From Candidatus Latescibacterota bacterium (GTDB lineage: Bacteria; Latescibacterota; UBA2968; SICM01), in contig CBDCJO010000001.1 of assembly GCA_965217865.1 (NCBI GenBank), positions 256,001 to 320,000 of the forward strand: DNA of 64,000 bases. Reading direction: 5' to 3'. The notes under the pieces are model-generated. The model was not told where the DNA came from and searched no databases. It was given only the letters and a program-made list of their open reading frames with translations. Positions 20,790 to 31,726 of this stretch are shown here, piece by piece (position 1 is the first letter of the stretch; every line of letters begins with the position of its first letter). A program made the position numbers and the translations under genes.

Positions 20790-22928
20790 TTAGTTTGGGG
20801 AATTCGCTCTTGAAGGTGGGAAGATCACGATCTGATCCGTCCACATCTCCTCCGCCTCCCCCTTCCGGGCACCCGGAATAAACCTGTACCTCTGGATCGT
20901 GGCAAGGGCGGCATCGTGGAACCGCTTGGGACCCTTCAGAACCTCTGCCCTTTTGATCTCACCGTTTTTTCCGACCAGAATCTTCACCATGATTCGAGCC
21001 CCCTGGGGATTATTCTTTAAACTGTCCGGGTAGACCAACGGTCCCGTGCTGGCCACGCGCGGAGGCCGGGATTTGGCGGCTCTAACGTCCCGGGGTTTGG
21101 ACGACCCTTTCGAGGGGTCCTGTGGTACTGATTTTAATGCCGTTTCCGGCAAAGGAGGAGATGTCAGGGAATCCACGTCTGCCCCATCGGCCAGGGAGTC
21201 CCTCTGACCCGCCATTCGAATCGAATCGACTTCGGCCTCGGCCTCGGCCCGGATGGAATCCTCCCTCGTCTGTGCGACAAGGGCATCGACTTTTTTTTGT
21301 GCGAGCGCGCCGAGGAGTGTCCGGGCATGCTTTCCCGCAACGATCTCGTAATGCACCCGGGCCTTTTCCGCGTCGTCCAGGACGTTCTCATAAGTCCAGG
21401 CGGTGGAAAAAAGAGACTTCACCGAATAGCTGCTCCGGGGGAATTCAGAAACGATCCGTTCGAAGATCCCGATATAAATCTCAGGATCCCCCCCCGTGAG
21501 GCGAAGCGTCTCGGCCTTCTGGAAGTTGGCCTGTGCGGGATCGGCACCGGGATCCCCGTCGCCCAACCAATCGGAAGCGGCATCCGCATATATCGTCCCG
21601 GGATAATCCTCTAACATGGATTCAAATGTCGCCCGAGCCGATGCCGAGTCGCGTTTCGTCTCTGCGTAGATCCAGCCGATTGCGTAGCCGGCCTTGGGGG
21701 CCAGCTCCCCGGTCGTATCTTTCGCCGCCACCGTCCGGTAAGCGACCAGTGCGGAGTCGGGCTCGTCGAGGCGAAGGCGAAACAGTTCGGCCATCTGGAA
21801 AACCGATTCGAGGTCGGTCGAGTCCGAAGCGATCTTGGTTTGATAACGATTGAGCTCTTTAAAATCCTTGAGGCGTTGATCGGCGAGTTTGCTTATCTCG
21901 CCACGGCGATACTCGTGTTTCGCCCTGTCGAAGAGATCCTTGATCTCCTCGGAGTCCTTTTGTTGACGCTGTGCGATCAGTCCCATCTGATAATAAGCCT
22001 TGGCGGACTGCGGAGTCTTCTTGTAGGTTTCGGTCACCCCTTTGGAGATCTCGTAGGATTCGTCGAGGCGATTCATCCGGTATAGCACCAACGCCAGGCT
22101 GATCTGGATGTCGGCCCCGAAGCCCTTCTTGAGCCGCTTCAACTTTAACATTTTCGCGTAATGATCACGCACCGCCCCGAATTCGCCCCGCTTCTCTAAA
22201 ATCTCCCCGATTGCCCTCCGCGCCTCGAATTCAACCCCGATAGGCGAACCTTTCTTGATTTTCCCCAGAGTCTCCCCCGCCTCCTCCAGGCGGCCCATCG
22301 CCAGGAGCGCCTTCCCGATCTCCAGGTGGATCGAAGCCTTGAGGTCACTCGTTTGGACGTGTGAAAGAAGCTCCCGACCGTCCTTGACGACGGAGTTGAA
22401 ATCTTCGATCCCCCCTGCCACCTCAAGCAACACAAATGCAGCCTGATCCGAAAATTCAGACCGCCCCTCAAAAGCCAACGCCCGAAGAACCCGTTGCGCA
22501 TCCTCGTAACGACCCAGCTTCCAGTACGATCTGCCCTCCCACAACCGGGATTCCTCGATCAGCCGGCTGTCGGGAAAGTTGGACCGGAGTTCGGAGAACT
22601 TCAGAATTGCCCCGGGATAGTCTTCCCTCCAGTATTGCGCTTTTCCGATCAACAGAAGACAGTCCTCAACATATTTGCTGCCGGGATAAAGCTCGATCAC
22701 GGCAGAGGCCTTTGTGATCGCTTGAAGGTAATCTTCCTGGGCTTTCCTTCTAGAATTCCGGTCCGTCTGGTTCTCCTCCCACTTGCGCCGGGCCCTTTCT
22801 CCATTCTGGTACCGCTTTTTCGCGTTGTAGAACGTGTTGAAATAGACGCATCCGGAAAAAATCACGCCCAGGACAACGGCCAGGGTAAGCAGCTGAAGCA
22901 CCCTGCAATGTTTGTGGTAATCGGGCAT
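20790..22928 (-). CDS. TPR-repeat lipoprotein with a C-terminal TonB-C-like domain
   Basis: Lipobox FSGC then YFNTFYNA; many TPR-like repeats; linker; YP...V.ILVGKNG...RFIPG TonB-C pattern. Confidence 0.82.
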   Translation of the reverse strand: MPDYHKHCRVLQLLTLAVVLGVIFSGCVYFNTFYNAKKRYQNGERARRKWEENQTDRNSRRKAQEDYLQAITKASAVIELYPGSKYVEDCLLLIGKAQYWREDYPGAILKFSELRSNFPDSRLIEESRLWEGRSYWKLGRYEDAQRVLRALAFEGRSEFSDQAAFVLLEVAGGIEDFNSVVKDGRELLSHVQTSDLKASIHLEIGKALLAMGRLEEAGETLGKIKKGSPIGVEFEARRAIGEILEKRGEFGAVRDHYAKMLKLKRLKKGFGADIQISLALVLYRMNRLDESYEISKGVTETYKKTPQSAKAYYQMGLIAQRQQKDSEEIKDLFDRAKHEYRRGEISKLADQRLKDFKELNRYQTKIASDSTDLESVFQMAELFRLRLDEPDSALVAYRTVAAKDTTGELAPKAGYAIGWIYAETKRDSASARATFESMLEDYPGTIYADAASDWLGDGDPGADPAQANFQKAETLRLTGGDPEIYIGIFERIVSEFPRSSYSVKSLFSTAWTYENVLDDAEKARVHYEIVAGKHARTLLGALAQKKVDALVAQTREDSIRAEAEAEVDSIRMAGQRDSLADGADVDSLTSPPLPETALKSVPQDPSKGSSKPRDVRAAKSRPPRVASTGPLVYPDSLKNNPQGARIMVKILVGKNGEIKRAEVLKGPKRFHDAALATIQRYRFIPGARKGEAEEMWTDQIVIFPPSRANSPN

Positions 22929-22979
22929 GGTCAGGCGCTCTGCACCGGGGATTGGGGTTTTAATTTGCACATGCAATTT

Positions 22980-24785
22980 TCATTTTTCATTTCCATGATA
23001 TTCCTGAAGCGACCTCACCTGAATCGGTTTCTTCCCCAGCGAGTCAATGCCCGAGACCGCAGCCGCACCCCCTGAAAGTGTTGTCGTATAGGGGACATTG
23101 TGCTGCAGGGCAGCCCGACGAATGGCCGAGTCGTCCCGCTGCGACTGCTCTCCAAGCGGGGTGTTGATCATCAGGACGATCTGGTTGCTCTTGATCGCGT
23201 CGACCACGTGAGGGCGATCTTCGTTCAACTTCGATATCCTGTCCGACGCCACGCCGTTTTGGGCGAGAAATTGCTGCGTGCCGGATGTGGCCACCAGGTC
23301 GAAATGGAGGGCCTTCAGGCGCCGAGCGATATCGATGACTCCGGGTTTGTCGCTGTCGTTCACGCTGATAAACACGGATCCGCTCCGCGGGAGGCGGACC
23401 CCCGCGCTGAGCTGGGCTTTCAGAAAGCAGAGGCCGAAATCCGAGTCGATTCCCATCACCTCGCCCGTGGATTTCATCTCCGGTCCCAGGACCGTATCCA
23501 CGCCGGGAAACTTGATGAAAGGCAGGACGGCCTCTTTGACGGCCATGTGTTTGATGGCCACCTCCCGGGTGAACCCCTGTTCCTTCAGTGTCACGCCCAC
23601 CATCGTGCGTGCGGCGATCTTGGCCAGGGGTTTTCCGATCACCTTGCTGACGAAGGGCACGGTCCGGGATGCCCTCGGGTTGACCTCCAGGACGTAGATC
23701 AAGCCGTCCTGGACCGCATACTGGACATTCATCAGGCCGATGACCTTCAGGGCGCGCGCGAGATCGTAGGTGTGTTCCCGAAGCCGATCGAGATCTTCCT
23801 CCGACGCCGCGTGCGGAGGGAGTACACAGGCACTGTCTCCCGAATGGATCCCCGCATTCTCGATGTGCTGCATGATGCCCCCAACGACGACCGCCTCTCC
23901 GTCCGACACGATGTCGACGTCGAACTCGCAAGCGTCCTCCAGGAACCGGTCGATCAGGAGGGGACGATCTCCGGACACCCCGATGGCCTCCCGAATATAA
24001 CCCGCCAGGCTATCCCGATCGTAGACGATGACCATGGCCCGGCCCCCCAAGACGAAAGAAGGGCGGACCAGAATCGGATATCCGATCCGGTCGGCGACGT
24101 CAACCGCCTCGTCCAGCGTGGTCGCCGTCCCGTTGTCCGGCTGTCGAATATCGAGATCTTTGATCAGGGCGGAGAATCGTTTCCGGTCCTCGGCGATATC
24201 GATGCTTTCGGGGGAAGTGCCGATGATGGGCAGTCCGGCGGCCTCAAGGCCGTGGGCGAGGTTGAGCGGCGTCTGTCCTCCGAATTGAACGATGACCCCA
24301 TCGACGCGTTCGACGTCGGCGATGTTCAGAACGTCCTCGACGGTGAGGGGTTCGAAGTACAACTTGTCGGAGGTGTCGTAGTCCGTGCTGACCGTCTCGG
24401 GGTTGCTGTTGACCATGATTGTCTCGTAACCGTCCTCCTTCAGAGCGAACGAGGCATGGACGCAGCAGTAATCGAACTCGATTCCCTGTCCGATCCGATT
24501 GGGGCCGCCTCCGAGGATCATGATCTTCTTCCGGTCCGTGCGGACCACTTCACATTCGCTCTCGTAGGTGGAATAATGATAGGGGGTATGGGCCTCGAAT
24601 TCGGCTGCGCAGGTATCGACCGTCTTGAAGGTAGGAAGAACGCCGAGGCGTTTGCGGAGGAGACGAATCGTGGTCTCTTCGGATTTCCAGAGGTAAGCCA
24701 GTTGCCGGTCGCTAAAACCGAACTGCTTGGCCTTTAACAGGGCGGCGCGGTCGATCTTGGAGAAGAGTTCTTCCAGGTTCATCAA
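22980..24785 (-). CDS. carB: Carbamoyl-phosphate synthase large subunit, C-terminal section
   Basis: [35 protein letters not shown]-terminal MGS-like domain; own RBS (AAGGAA). Confidence 0.95.
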   Translation of the reverse strand: MMNLEELFSKIDRAALLKAKQFGFSDRQLAYLWKSEETTIRLLRKRLGVLPTFKTVDTCAAEFEAHTPYHYSTYESECEVVRTDRKKIMILGGGPNRIGQGIEFDYCCVHASFALKEDGYETIMVNSNPETVSTDYDTSDKLYFEPLTVEDVLNIADVERVDGVIVQFGGQTPLNLAHGLEAAGLPIIGTSPESIDIAEDRKRFSALIKDLDIRQPDNGTATTLDEAVDVADRIGYPILVRPSFVLGGRAMVIVYDRDSLAGYIREAIGVSGDRPLLIDRFLEDACEFDVDIVSDGEAVVVGGIMQHIENAGIHSGDSACVLPPHAASEEDLDRLREHTYDLARALKVIGLMNVQYAVQDGLIYVLEVNPRASRTVPFVSKVIGKPLAKIAARTMVGVTLKEQGFTREVAIKHMAVKEAVLPFIKFPGVDTVLGPEMKSTGEVMGIDSDFGLCFLKAQLSAGVRLPRSGSVFISVNDSDKPGVIDIARRLKALHFDLVATSGTQQFLAQNGVASDRISKLNEDRPHVVDAIKSNQIVLMINTPLGEQSQRDDSAIRRAALQHNVPYTTTLSGGAAAVSGIDSLGKKPIQVRSLQEYHGNEK

Positions 24786-24825
24786 ATTCCTTTGAATGGT
24801 ACCATATATCCTTCCCGCTTGACCT

Positions 24826-26274
24826 TCAAGCCACCATCGAGGCCAGTTCCTTTTCGAATTCGATGACCTCTCTGATGTTGTGGAGAAACCAGGGAGCGAT
24901 TTTCGTCAGGTCGTAGACCTCATCAACGGACATGCCCATCTCGAAGGCAGCCTTCACGTAAAAGATGCGCTGGGAATTGGGGACTTTGAGTTTCTGGAAC
25001 AGAAACTCTCGATCCAGATCGGAAAGGTCGAAGTCCTTCCCGTCGGCGCCCAGTCCCGCCCGGCCGATCTCGAGAGATCGGAGGCCCTTTTGAAGGGCCT
25101 CTTTGAAGGTCCTCCCGATCGCCATCGTCTCCCCCACCGATTTCATCTGGGTGTCCAGCACGTCCACGGAACCCGGGAACTTCTCGAAGGCCCAGCGGGG
25201 AATCTTGACGACGCAGTAATCGATCGTGGGTTCGAATGATGCGGGAGTCTCCCGGGTGATATCATTCCTGATCTCGTCGAGGGTATAACCCACCGCGAGC
25301 TTGGCCGCGATCTTCGCGATCGGAAACCCCGTTGCCTTGGAGGCGAGGGCCGAGGAGCGGGAAACCCTAGGATTCATCTCGATGATCACCATTCGACCGT
25401 TGTCGGGATTGATCGCAAACTGGATGTTCGACCCCCCGGTCTCGACGCCGATCTCTCGAATCACGTCGATAGCGGCGTCGCGCATCATCTGATATTCCTT
25501 GTCCGTCAGGGTCTGGGCAGGGGCCACGGTGATGGAATCCCCGGTATGGACCCCCATGGGGTCAACGTTCTCGATCGAGCAGATGACGACCACATTGTCT
25601 CGGAGATCGCGCATCACTTCGAGCTCAAACTCACCCCACCCGATCACGGACTCTTCGATCAGGATCTCGTTGCTCGGAGACAGATCGAGCCCGTGGGAGG
25701 CCAATCTCTCGAATTCCTCCGTGTTGTAGGCGATCCCTCCTCCGGTGCCTCCGAGCGTGTAGGAAGGACGGACAATCGCCGGATAGCCGACATCGTCCAC
25801 CAGCCTGATGGCCTCCTCATACGTGTATGCAAATCGGCCCTTCGGCAAGTCCAAACCGATGCCCTCCATCGAAGTCTTGAAGCGCTCCCGGTTCTCCGCC
25901 TTTTCGATTGCATCAAGTTTGGCCCCGATCATCTCAACTGAATAACGGTCAAGGACGCCCGATTTCGCCAGCTCCACCGAGACATTCAGGCCGGTCTGCC
26001 CCCCCAGGGTGGGGAGCAAGGCATCGGGGCGTTCCCGTTCGATGATGGCTTCACAGATGTCCGCGGTGATCGGCTCCACATATGTTCTGGTGGCTGTCTC
26101 AGGGTCGGTCATGATGGTGGCCGGGTTGCTGTTGATCAGGATGATCTCAAAGCCCTCCTCCCGAAGCGCCTTGCAAGCCTGTGTCCCCGAGTAGTCGAAC
26201 TCGCAGGCCTGACCGATGACAATAGGGCCCGAGCCGATGATCATGATTTTATGAATGTCGTTCCGTCGAGGCAT
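24826..26274 (-). CDS. carB: Carbamoyl-phosphate synthase large subunit, N-terminal section
   Basis: [43 protein letters not shown]; ends at 482 aa. Confidence 0.96.
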   Translation of the reverse strand: MPRRNDIHKIMIIGSGPIVIGQACEFDYSGTQACKALREEGFEIILINSNPATIMTDPETATRTYVEPITADICEAIIERERPDALLPTLGGQTGLNVSVELAKSGVLDRYSVEMIGAKLDAIEKAENRERFKTSMEGIGLDLPKGRFAYTYEEAIRLVDDVGYPAIVRPSYTLGGTGGGIAYNTEEFERLASHGLDLSPSNEILIEESVIGWGEFELEVMRDLRDNVVVICSIENVDPMGVHTGDSITVAPAQTLTDKEYQMMRDAAIDVIREIGVETGGSNIQFAINPDNGRMVIIEMNPRVSRSSALASKATGFPIAKIAAKLAVGYTLDEIRNDITRETPASFEPTIDYCVVKIPRWAFEKFPGSVDVLDTQMKSVGETMAIGRTFKEALQKGLRSLEIGRAGLGADGKDFDLSDLDREFLFQKLKVPNSQRIFYVKAAFEMGMSVDEVYDLTKIAPWFLHNIREVIEFEKELASMVA

Positions 26275-26283
26275 GGAGGCCTT

Positions 26284-26790
26284 TCAAAACATCACCAGGT
26301 AGATCAGAAAAAAGATAAATACGATCGTAACGCCGTAGGAGACCTTCAGAATCAGGCCCTGCGCCTCCTTGCTCAGACCCTTTTGGGTGCGAATTTCCCC
26401 ACCCGGCCGTTTGGGTTCCTCGATGACGCCGTGAAATCGTTCCTGCTCTATATACGCCACCAGGCTGGCATCACAATCTCCGATCGCCTTCAAAATGATC
26501 CGTTTGTTCCTGGCGACCTTCTCGGCAAACCGTTCGGAGGGGATCTTGTTTTGGGCCTCCTTCCGTCGGTCCTCAGAGTCTGAAAGATCCGATACCAGGT
26601 TGCAGGTACGGGCAAGCGCCAGCTTCTCAGCCAGATCTTCAAGCTTTTCTTTTTCCCGCACGTGTTCCCTGATGACCTTCTCACAAGCATTTATGAAGAT
26701 GTCCAGGTCCGTCTTGATCTCGGCCTCCGACCGCCCCATCAGATAAGACTCTTCGATCAAATCTTCTATTGAATCTTTTAATTCAGCCAT
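26284..26790 (-). CDS. Hypothetical helical protein with a C-terminal TM segment
   Basis: Co-oriented ORF filling the gap between nnr and carB; hydrophobic C-terminus. Confidence 0.7.
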   Translation of the reverse strand: MAELKDSIEDLIEESYLMGRSEAEIKTDLDIFINACEKVIREHVREKEKLEDLAEKLALARTCNLVSDLSDSEDRRKEAQNKIPSERFAEKVARNKRIILKAIGDCDASLVAYIEQERFHGVIEEPKRPGGEIRTQKGLSKEAQGLILKVSYGVTIVFIFFLIYLVMF

Positions 26791-26864
26791 AGCGTGACCC
26801 ATCGTGAATGAAGTAATGGGGGGACAATCCGTCTCCATCGTAGAACTACGACAACCTTCTTTTT

Positions 26865-28445
26865 TTAAATCCATTCAAAATATGGATGCCTCATCCCGCC
26901 GGAAGCAATTCCCTTCAGAACCTCCGGAACGGCTACAGCCAGTTCTCCCGCGGGGTGCCCGACCCCCCCGGCCCGTTCCGCCACCAGATCCCCGGCGGCG
27001 CCGTGGAGGTAAACCCCGAGCCTCGCCCCGGTCTCCGGCGTCAGACCCTGACCGATCAGGCTCGTGATGATTCCGGTCAAGACATCTCCGGCCCCACCCG
27101 TGGCCATCGACGAATTCCCAGTCGGGTTGAGATAGACCTTCCCAGAAGGATCCGCGATGACTGTGGGAGCGCCTTTCAAGACGACCACCACACGGTTCGT
27201 CCCCGCATACGCACGCGCCGACCCGATGGGATCCATCAGGATTTCGGCCGTCGGCATACCCGTTAGACGGCTGAACTCTCCCGGATGCGGGGTGATGACC
27301 GTGGGGCCTGCACGATCTTTGAGCAGATCGGACCTTCCGCCCAGTGCATTCAGGCCGTCGGCGTCCAGGACAAGAGGCTTCTCCACGTCTTGCACCAGCC
27401 GATGGACCAGACCCGCGGTCTCTCGATGTCTGCCCAGGCCGGGACCCATGGCGATCGAATCCGCCTTTTCCGCAAGACGTCCGATATCCCCTCGTGCCCT
27501 CAGCGAGAGACAGCGGGCTCTCCGCACCTCCGGAAGGGGGTAAGTCATGGCCTCGGTGAGCTTCACCTCAAGGATATCGTTCAAACTCGCGGGAACGCCG
27601 ACGGTCACGAGACCCGCACCGGACCGGATCGCGCCGTTCGCGCAGAGGACAGCGGCCCCCGTCAAACCCACCGATCCAGCCAGGATGAGGTCCCGGCCAA
27701 AGTCCCCCTTGTGCGCATCCGGCTCCCGGCGAGGCAGCCAGCCTACGACATCCTCCCGGGTGGTCAGGAAGACATCGACGCCTTCAGCATCTATGGAAGC
27801 CGGGGGAATACCGATGTCGATCAGGCTTAGGGCCCCGCAGAGCGTCCTTCCCGGGAAGAAGAAGTGCCCGACCTTGGGAAGGCCGAAGGTTACCGTGTGT
27901 GTCGATTTGACGCAAGGGCCCTCCGTCCTCCCGGTGTCGGCAAGTAATCCGGACGGGACGTCCACCGAAACCACAGGAATCCCCGCACGGTTGACGGCCT
28001 CGATGGCCGGAATCGATACCCCCCGAGCCCCACCCCGAAGGCCGGTTCCGAGGATGGCATCGACGATCAGGCTGGACCGCCCCAGAACGGGAATCAGATC
28101 ATCGACCTCCCGCTCTGAATGGATTTCACGAATCTCGACGCCCGCGGACCGGGCACGTTCCAGATGGGTCCGGGCGTCTCCCGACACGGCTTTGGCCCTT
28201 TCAAGAAGAAAGGCCTCAACTTCGACGCCGGCTTCTTTCAGGCACCGTGCGACGACAAATCCGTCTCCGCCGTTGTTCCCTTTCCCGCAGACGACGGCCA
28301 CCATGCTTCCCGGTTCACGGGTCCGGTCGATCACCACCTCGAAGACCCCGCGGCCGGCTCTCTCCATCAGTTCCAGGCCCGCGACTCCCGAAGCGATTAC
28401 ACGGCGGTCGATTCCCGCCATCTGCCCGCCCGTGGCAAGCTTCAT
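26865..28445 (-). CDS. nnr: Bifunctional NAD(P)HX epimerase/dehydratase
   Basis: LMERAG, GKGNNGGDG, VDAILGTG, HKGDFG, DADGL, TPHPGE, ATGGAGDVL; ATGA overlap with acpS. Confidence 0.96.
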   Translation of the reverse strand: MKLATGGQMAGIDRRVIASGVAGLELMERAGRGVFEVVIDRTREPGSMVAVVCGKGNNGGDGFVVARCLKEAGVEVEAFLLERAKAVSGDARTHLERARSAGVEIREIHSEREVDDLIPVLGRSSLIVDAILGTGLRGGARGVSIPAIEAVNRAGIPVVSVDVPSGLLADTGRTEGPCVKSTHTVTFGLPKVGHFFFPGRTLCGALSLIDIGIPPASIDAEGVDVFLTTREDVVGWLPRREPDAHKGDFGRDLILAGSVGLTGAAVLCANGAIRSGAGLVTVGVPASLNDILEVKLTEAMTYPLPEVRRARCLSLRARGDIGRLAEKADSIAMGPGLGRHRETAGLVHRLVQDVEKPLVLDADGLNALGGRSDLLKDRAGPTVITPHPGEFSRLTGMPTAEILMDPIGSARAYAGTNRVVVVLKGAPTVIADPSGKVYLNPTGNSSMATGGAGDVLTGIITSLIGQGLTPETGARLGVYLHGAAGDLVAERAGGVGHPAGELAVAVPEVLKGIASGGMRHPYFEWI

Positions 28446-28816
28446 TCCGTTCCTTCGACGACGACAACGGCGACGGCGTGCGCGTGGGTATGCGAAATGC
28501 TGACCAGGAACCGGTCCCCACGCCCCAGCAGCCTGGTTTGACCGTGAAGGAAGATCTCGGGTGCGGAACCCGGACGCCGAACGATCTCGATATCCACCCA
28601 TCGGACGCCCCGTTTCCAGCCCGTTCCAAGGGCCTTCATCGTTGCCTCCTTGGCGGCAAACCGCGCTGCCAGGGATCGATACTTTTCACCCCTGTTATAG
28701 CAGTAATCGATCTCCGCCTGGGTGTAGACACGCCGGAGAAACCGATCACCCCAGCGTTCAACGGCATTCTGGAGGCGTGCCACCTCGACCAGGTCGATGC
28801 CCACGGATCGGATCAT
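28442..28816 (-). CDS. acpS: Holo-ACP synthase
   Basis: VGIDLVE, ARFAAKEA, SISH. Confidence 0.97.
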   Translation of the reverse strand: MIRSVGIDLVEVARLQNAVERWGDRFLRRVYTQAEIDYCYNRGEKYRSLAARFAAKEATMKALGTGWKRGVRWVDIEIVRRPGSAPEIFLHGQTRLLGRGDRFLVSISHTHAHAVAVVVVEGTE

Positions 28817-29112
28817 TCGCGATTTCCCAGGATCGAAAAGGCCGTGAAGCGCGAATCATAGTCTCGATAAATCGAGTCGAGCCTTGGGGGTGTAGGGGCC
28901 TCTGCGGAATGTGGATTGATAGCCCAAAAAAAATCCGGCCCCTGTCGAAACGCCGAATTAGGGACCCCAGGCCAAACATTTCGACGAACGAGGCAGATGC
29001 CGGGATTGGGATAGACCAGGATAAAATACGGTAATTTTTAAACCTTAAAATCAATGAAAAGATAACCCCTCGGGGAGGAACTTGTCAACCCTTTTTTCCC
29101 ATTAGAGGATAC

Positions 29113-29141
29113 TTGACAAACAACCCGAAGTTAATTATTCT
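29113..29141 (+). promoter_or_regulatory. sigma70-like promoter of dapL-lysA
   Basis: TTGACA-17 bp-TATTCT. Confidence 0.7.
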
Positions 29142-29184
29142 CTTTGGCATTAATCGGGCATCAACCCTTTAAAGGAGCACCTCC

Positions 29185-30354
29185 ATGCAGCTTGCCGAAC
29201 GCCTGTCGAAGATTCCCCCCTATCTCTTCATGGAACTGCGAGAAAAAATCGGGAAGGCTCGCGCTTCCGGAGTTGACGTGATCAGCCTGGGCGTGGGCGA
29301 TCCCGTGGAACCCACACCCGACGGAATCATCGAAGAGCTCTCAGTTCGGGCCCGCGATCCCGCGAACCATCAATATCCTCCCGACGAAGAGAAGGGCATG
29401 GGCGAGTTCCGGACCGCCGTTGCCGAATTCTTCCGGGATCGCTACAGCGTGGATCTGGATCCCGCTTCCCAGGTGCTCGGCCTGATCGGATCAAAAGAGG
29501 GCATCCATCATTTCTGCCTGGCCAGGGTGAATCCAGGCGACCTGGTCCTCATGACAGATCCCGGATATCCCGCTTACCGGGCGAGTATATTGATGGCGGG
29601 TGGAGAACCCCACTCCATCCCGATTCTCCCGGAAAACGGATATCTGCCGAACCTGGCGGATATCCCATCCGACGTTGCCCGGCGCGCGAGCGCCCTGTTT
29701 CTCTGTTATCCGAACAATCCCACCGGGGCCGTCGCGACCCGCGCGTTCTACGAAGACCTTGTTCGCTGGGCGAAGGACTTCGACGTGGCGATTTGTCAGG
29801 ACGGCGCGTACAGCGAAATGGTCTTCGACGAAGCAGACCGAGTCAGCATGCTGCAGGCCCCGGGCACACTCGATGTCGGGGTCGAGCTGGGATCCCTCTC
29901 AAAATCTTTTAACATGACCGGATGGCGGATCGGCATGGTGATGGGCAATCCGGACATCATCTCCGGGATCTCAAAAGTCAAGGAGAATACCGACTCCGGG
30001 GCTTTCGCCGCGATCCAGCACGCCGGGATAGCCGCCCTCCGGCACCAAAAAAGCACCATCGATAAAATGTTAGGCATTTACCGGCGCCGGCAGAAACTGG
30101 TCGTGGATACGTTAAAGGACATGGGATGGGATTGCCGGCCCCCGAAGGGGACATTCTACATCTGGCTTCCGACACCGAGCGGGACATCCTCCATCGCGTT
30201 CGCGAATCTCCTGTTCGATCGGGCTCATGTCGTCGTGGCCGCGGGAACCGCCTACGGAGAATATGGGGAGGGTTTCGTAAGGATCTCACTCTGCGTGCCC
30301 GACAATCGGCTTGAGGAAGCGATGGGCAGGATCGGGAAAGCGATACGGGACTGA
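29185..30354 (+). CDS. dapL: LL-diaminopimelate aminotransferase
   Basis: IPPYLF, LGVGDP, GSKEG, YPNNPTG, SLSKSFNMTGWRIG; adjacent to lysA. Confidence 0.88.
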   Translation: MQLAERLSKIPPYLFMELREKIGKARASGVDVISLGVGDPVEPTPDGIIEELSVRARDPANHQYPPDEEKGMGEFRTAVAEFFRDRYSVDLDPASQVLGLIGSKEGIHHFCLARVNPGDLVLMTDPGYPAYRASILMAGGEPHSIPILPENGYLPNLADIPSDVARRASALFLCYPNNPTGAVATRAFYEDLVRWAKDFDVAICQDGAYSEMVFDEADRVSMLQAPGTLDVGVELGSLSKSFNMTGWRIGMVMGNPDIISGISKVKENTDSGAFAAIQHAGIAALRHQKSTIDKMLGIYRRRQKLVVDTLKDMGWDCRPPKGTFYIWLPTPSGTSSIAFANLLFDRAHVVVAAGTAYGEYGEGFVRISLCVPDNRLEEAMGRIGKAIRD

Positions 30355-30361
30355 CTGACTT

Positions 30362-31600
30362 ATGGAGATCAGAGACAACAAGCTGCACCTGGGAAGCGTG
30401 TCGGTGGAGAAACTGGTCGCGGATTTCGGGAGTCCCCTTTTCGTCTACGAAGAGGAGATGCTCCGAAAGCGAATCAACGACCTGAAGGCCCACATCACCT
30501 ACCCCGAGCTTCGGATCCTTTACGCCTGCAAGGCCAACTCGAATCTCACCATCATGCGGATCCTCCGGGAGGAGGGCGCTTACCTGGATACCGTGGCCCC
30601 CGGCGAAGTGTTCCTTGCCCTGAAAGCCGGATACCGGACGGACCAGATCCTCTACACCGGGAACAGCACCTCCCGGTCGGATCTTGAATTCTGTAAAGCG
30701 CATGGCCTGCTCGTAAACGTGGAGTCCCTGACTCAGCTCGAGACCTACGGGGAGATGAATCCCGGCGCCCGGATCGCGATCCGGATCAATCCGGACATCG
30801 GGGCGGGACATCACGGGCACTGCATCACAGGCGGGCCGGACAGCAAATTCGGAATCTACCAGGATAAGATCGCCGACGTCATGGACATCGCAGGCCGTCA
30901 CGGGATGAAGATCGTGGGCCTGCACAGCCATATCGGCTCGGGAATCCTCGACACCGCGATCTACCTCGAAGTCATGGACATCGTCCTTCAATTCGCACGG
31001 AACTTTCAAGGCCTGGAGTTCATAGACTTCGGAGGCGGAATCGGGATCCCCTATTCCCCGGACGAAAGGCCCATCGACATGCCTACCTTTGGAGAGGCGG
31101 TGGGGGGCAAGTTTTCCGACTACGTGAAAAAGACCGGAGAAGGAATGACCCTTGCGATCGAGCCTGGTCGGTATCTGGTGTGCGAATCAGGCTTCCTTCT
31201 GGCGACCGTGAACAACACAAAGGAGACCCCGAAGCACAAATTCGTGGGCACGGACACCGGATTCCATCACCTCATCCGTCCGATGGCCTACGGATCCTAC
31301 CACGAGATCATCAACGCCTCGAACGTTGAGGACGGGAGCGAGCCGGTCGTGGTTGCGGGAAACATCTGCGAATCGGGAGACGTATTCACCAGGGACGAGC
31401 ACGGACCCTTGGACCGCGAGATCCCCAGGGTGCAAGTCGGAGACATCCTTGCGATATGCAACGCCGGCGCCTACGGGTTTTCGATGTCTTCCAACTATAA
31501 CTGCCGGACCCGCCCCGCGGAGGTCCTCGTGAAGGACGGTGATGCGAGGGTCATTCGGGAAGCCGAGCCGATGGAGAATCTCCTGTGGGGGATGGAATAA
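30362..31600 (+). CDS. lysA: Diaminopimelate decarboxylase
   Basis: YACKANSN, SKFG, HSHIGS, GGG, EPGR, GNICESGD, GAYGFSMSSNYN. Confidence 0.97.
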   Translation: MEIRDNKLHLGSVSVEKLVADFGSPLFVYEEEMLRKRINDLKAHITYPELRILYACKANSNLTIMRILREEGAYLDTVAPGEVFLALKAGYRTDQILYTGNSTSRSDLEFCKAHGLLVNVESLTQLETYGEMNPGARIAIRINPDIGAGHHGHCITGGPDSKFGIYQDKIADVMDIAGRHGMKIVGLHSHIGSGILDTAIYLEVMDIVLQFARNFQGLEFIDFGGGIGIPYSPDERPIDMPTFGEAVGGKFSDYVKKTGEGMTLAIEPGRYLVCESGFLLATVNNTKETPKHKFVGTDTGFHHLIRPMAYGSYHEIINASNVEDGSEPVVVAGNICESGDVFTRDEHGPLDREIPRVQVGDILAICNAGAYGFSMSSNYNCRTRPAEVLVKDGDARVIREAEPMENLLWGME

Positions 31601-31616
31601 GCCAGGGGCCAGGGAA

Positions 31617-31711
31617 ATTGAAGATTGAATATCGGAGAATTGAATGTTTGAACAATTCACGACTTTCATGGAAGTCCTTCAATATTCAATCTTCAGTATT
31701 CAATCTTCAAT
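31617..31711. repeat. Long inverted repeat built from 7-mer units
   Basis: ATTGAAG/ATTGAAT units on the left, ATTCAAT/CTTCAAT on the right, inner hairpin GACTTTCATGGAAGTC. Confidence 0.8.
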
Positions 31712-31726
31712 AGGAAAGGAGCATCC

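Noticed and set aside
24786-24828. Readthrough or selenocysteine at the carB TGA
   Set aside because: The two halves are in different frames and the second has its own RBS
23100-28503. Plus-strand ORFs opposite carB and nnr
   Set aside because: High-GC antisense frames with no motifs
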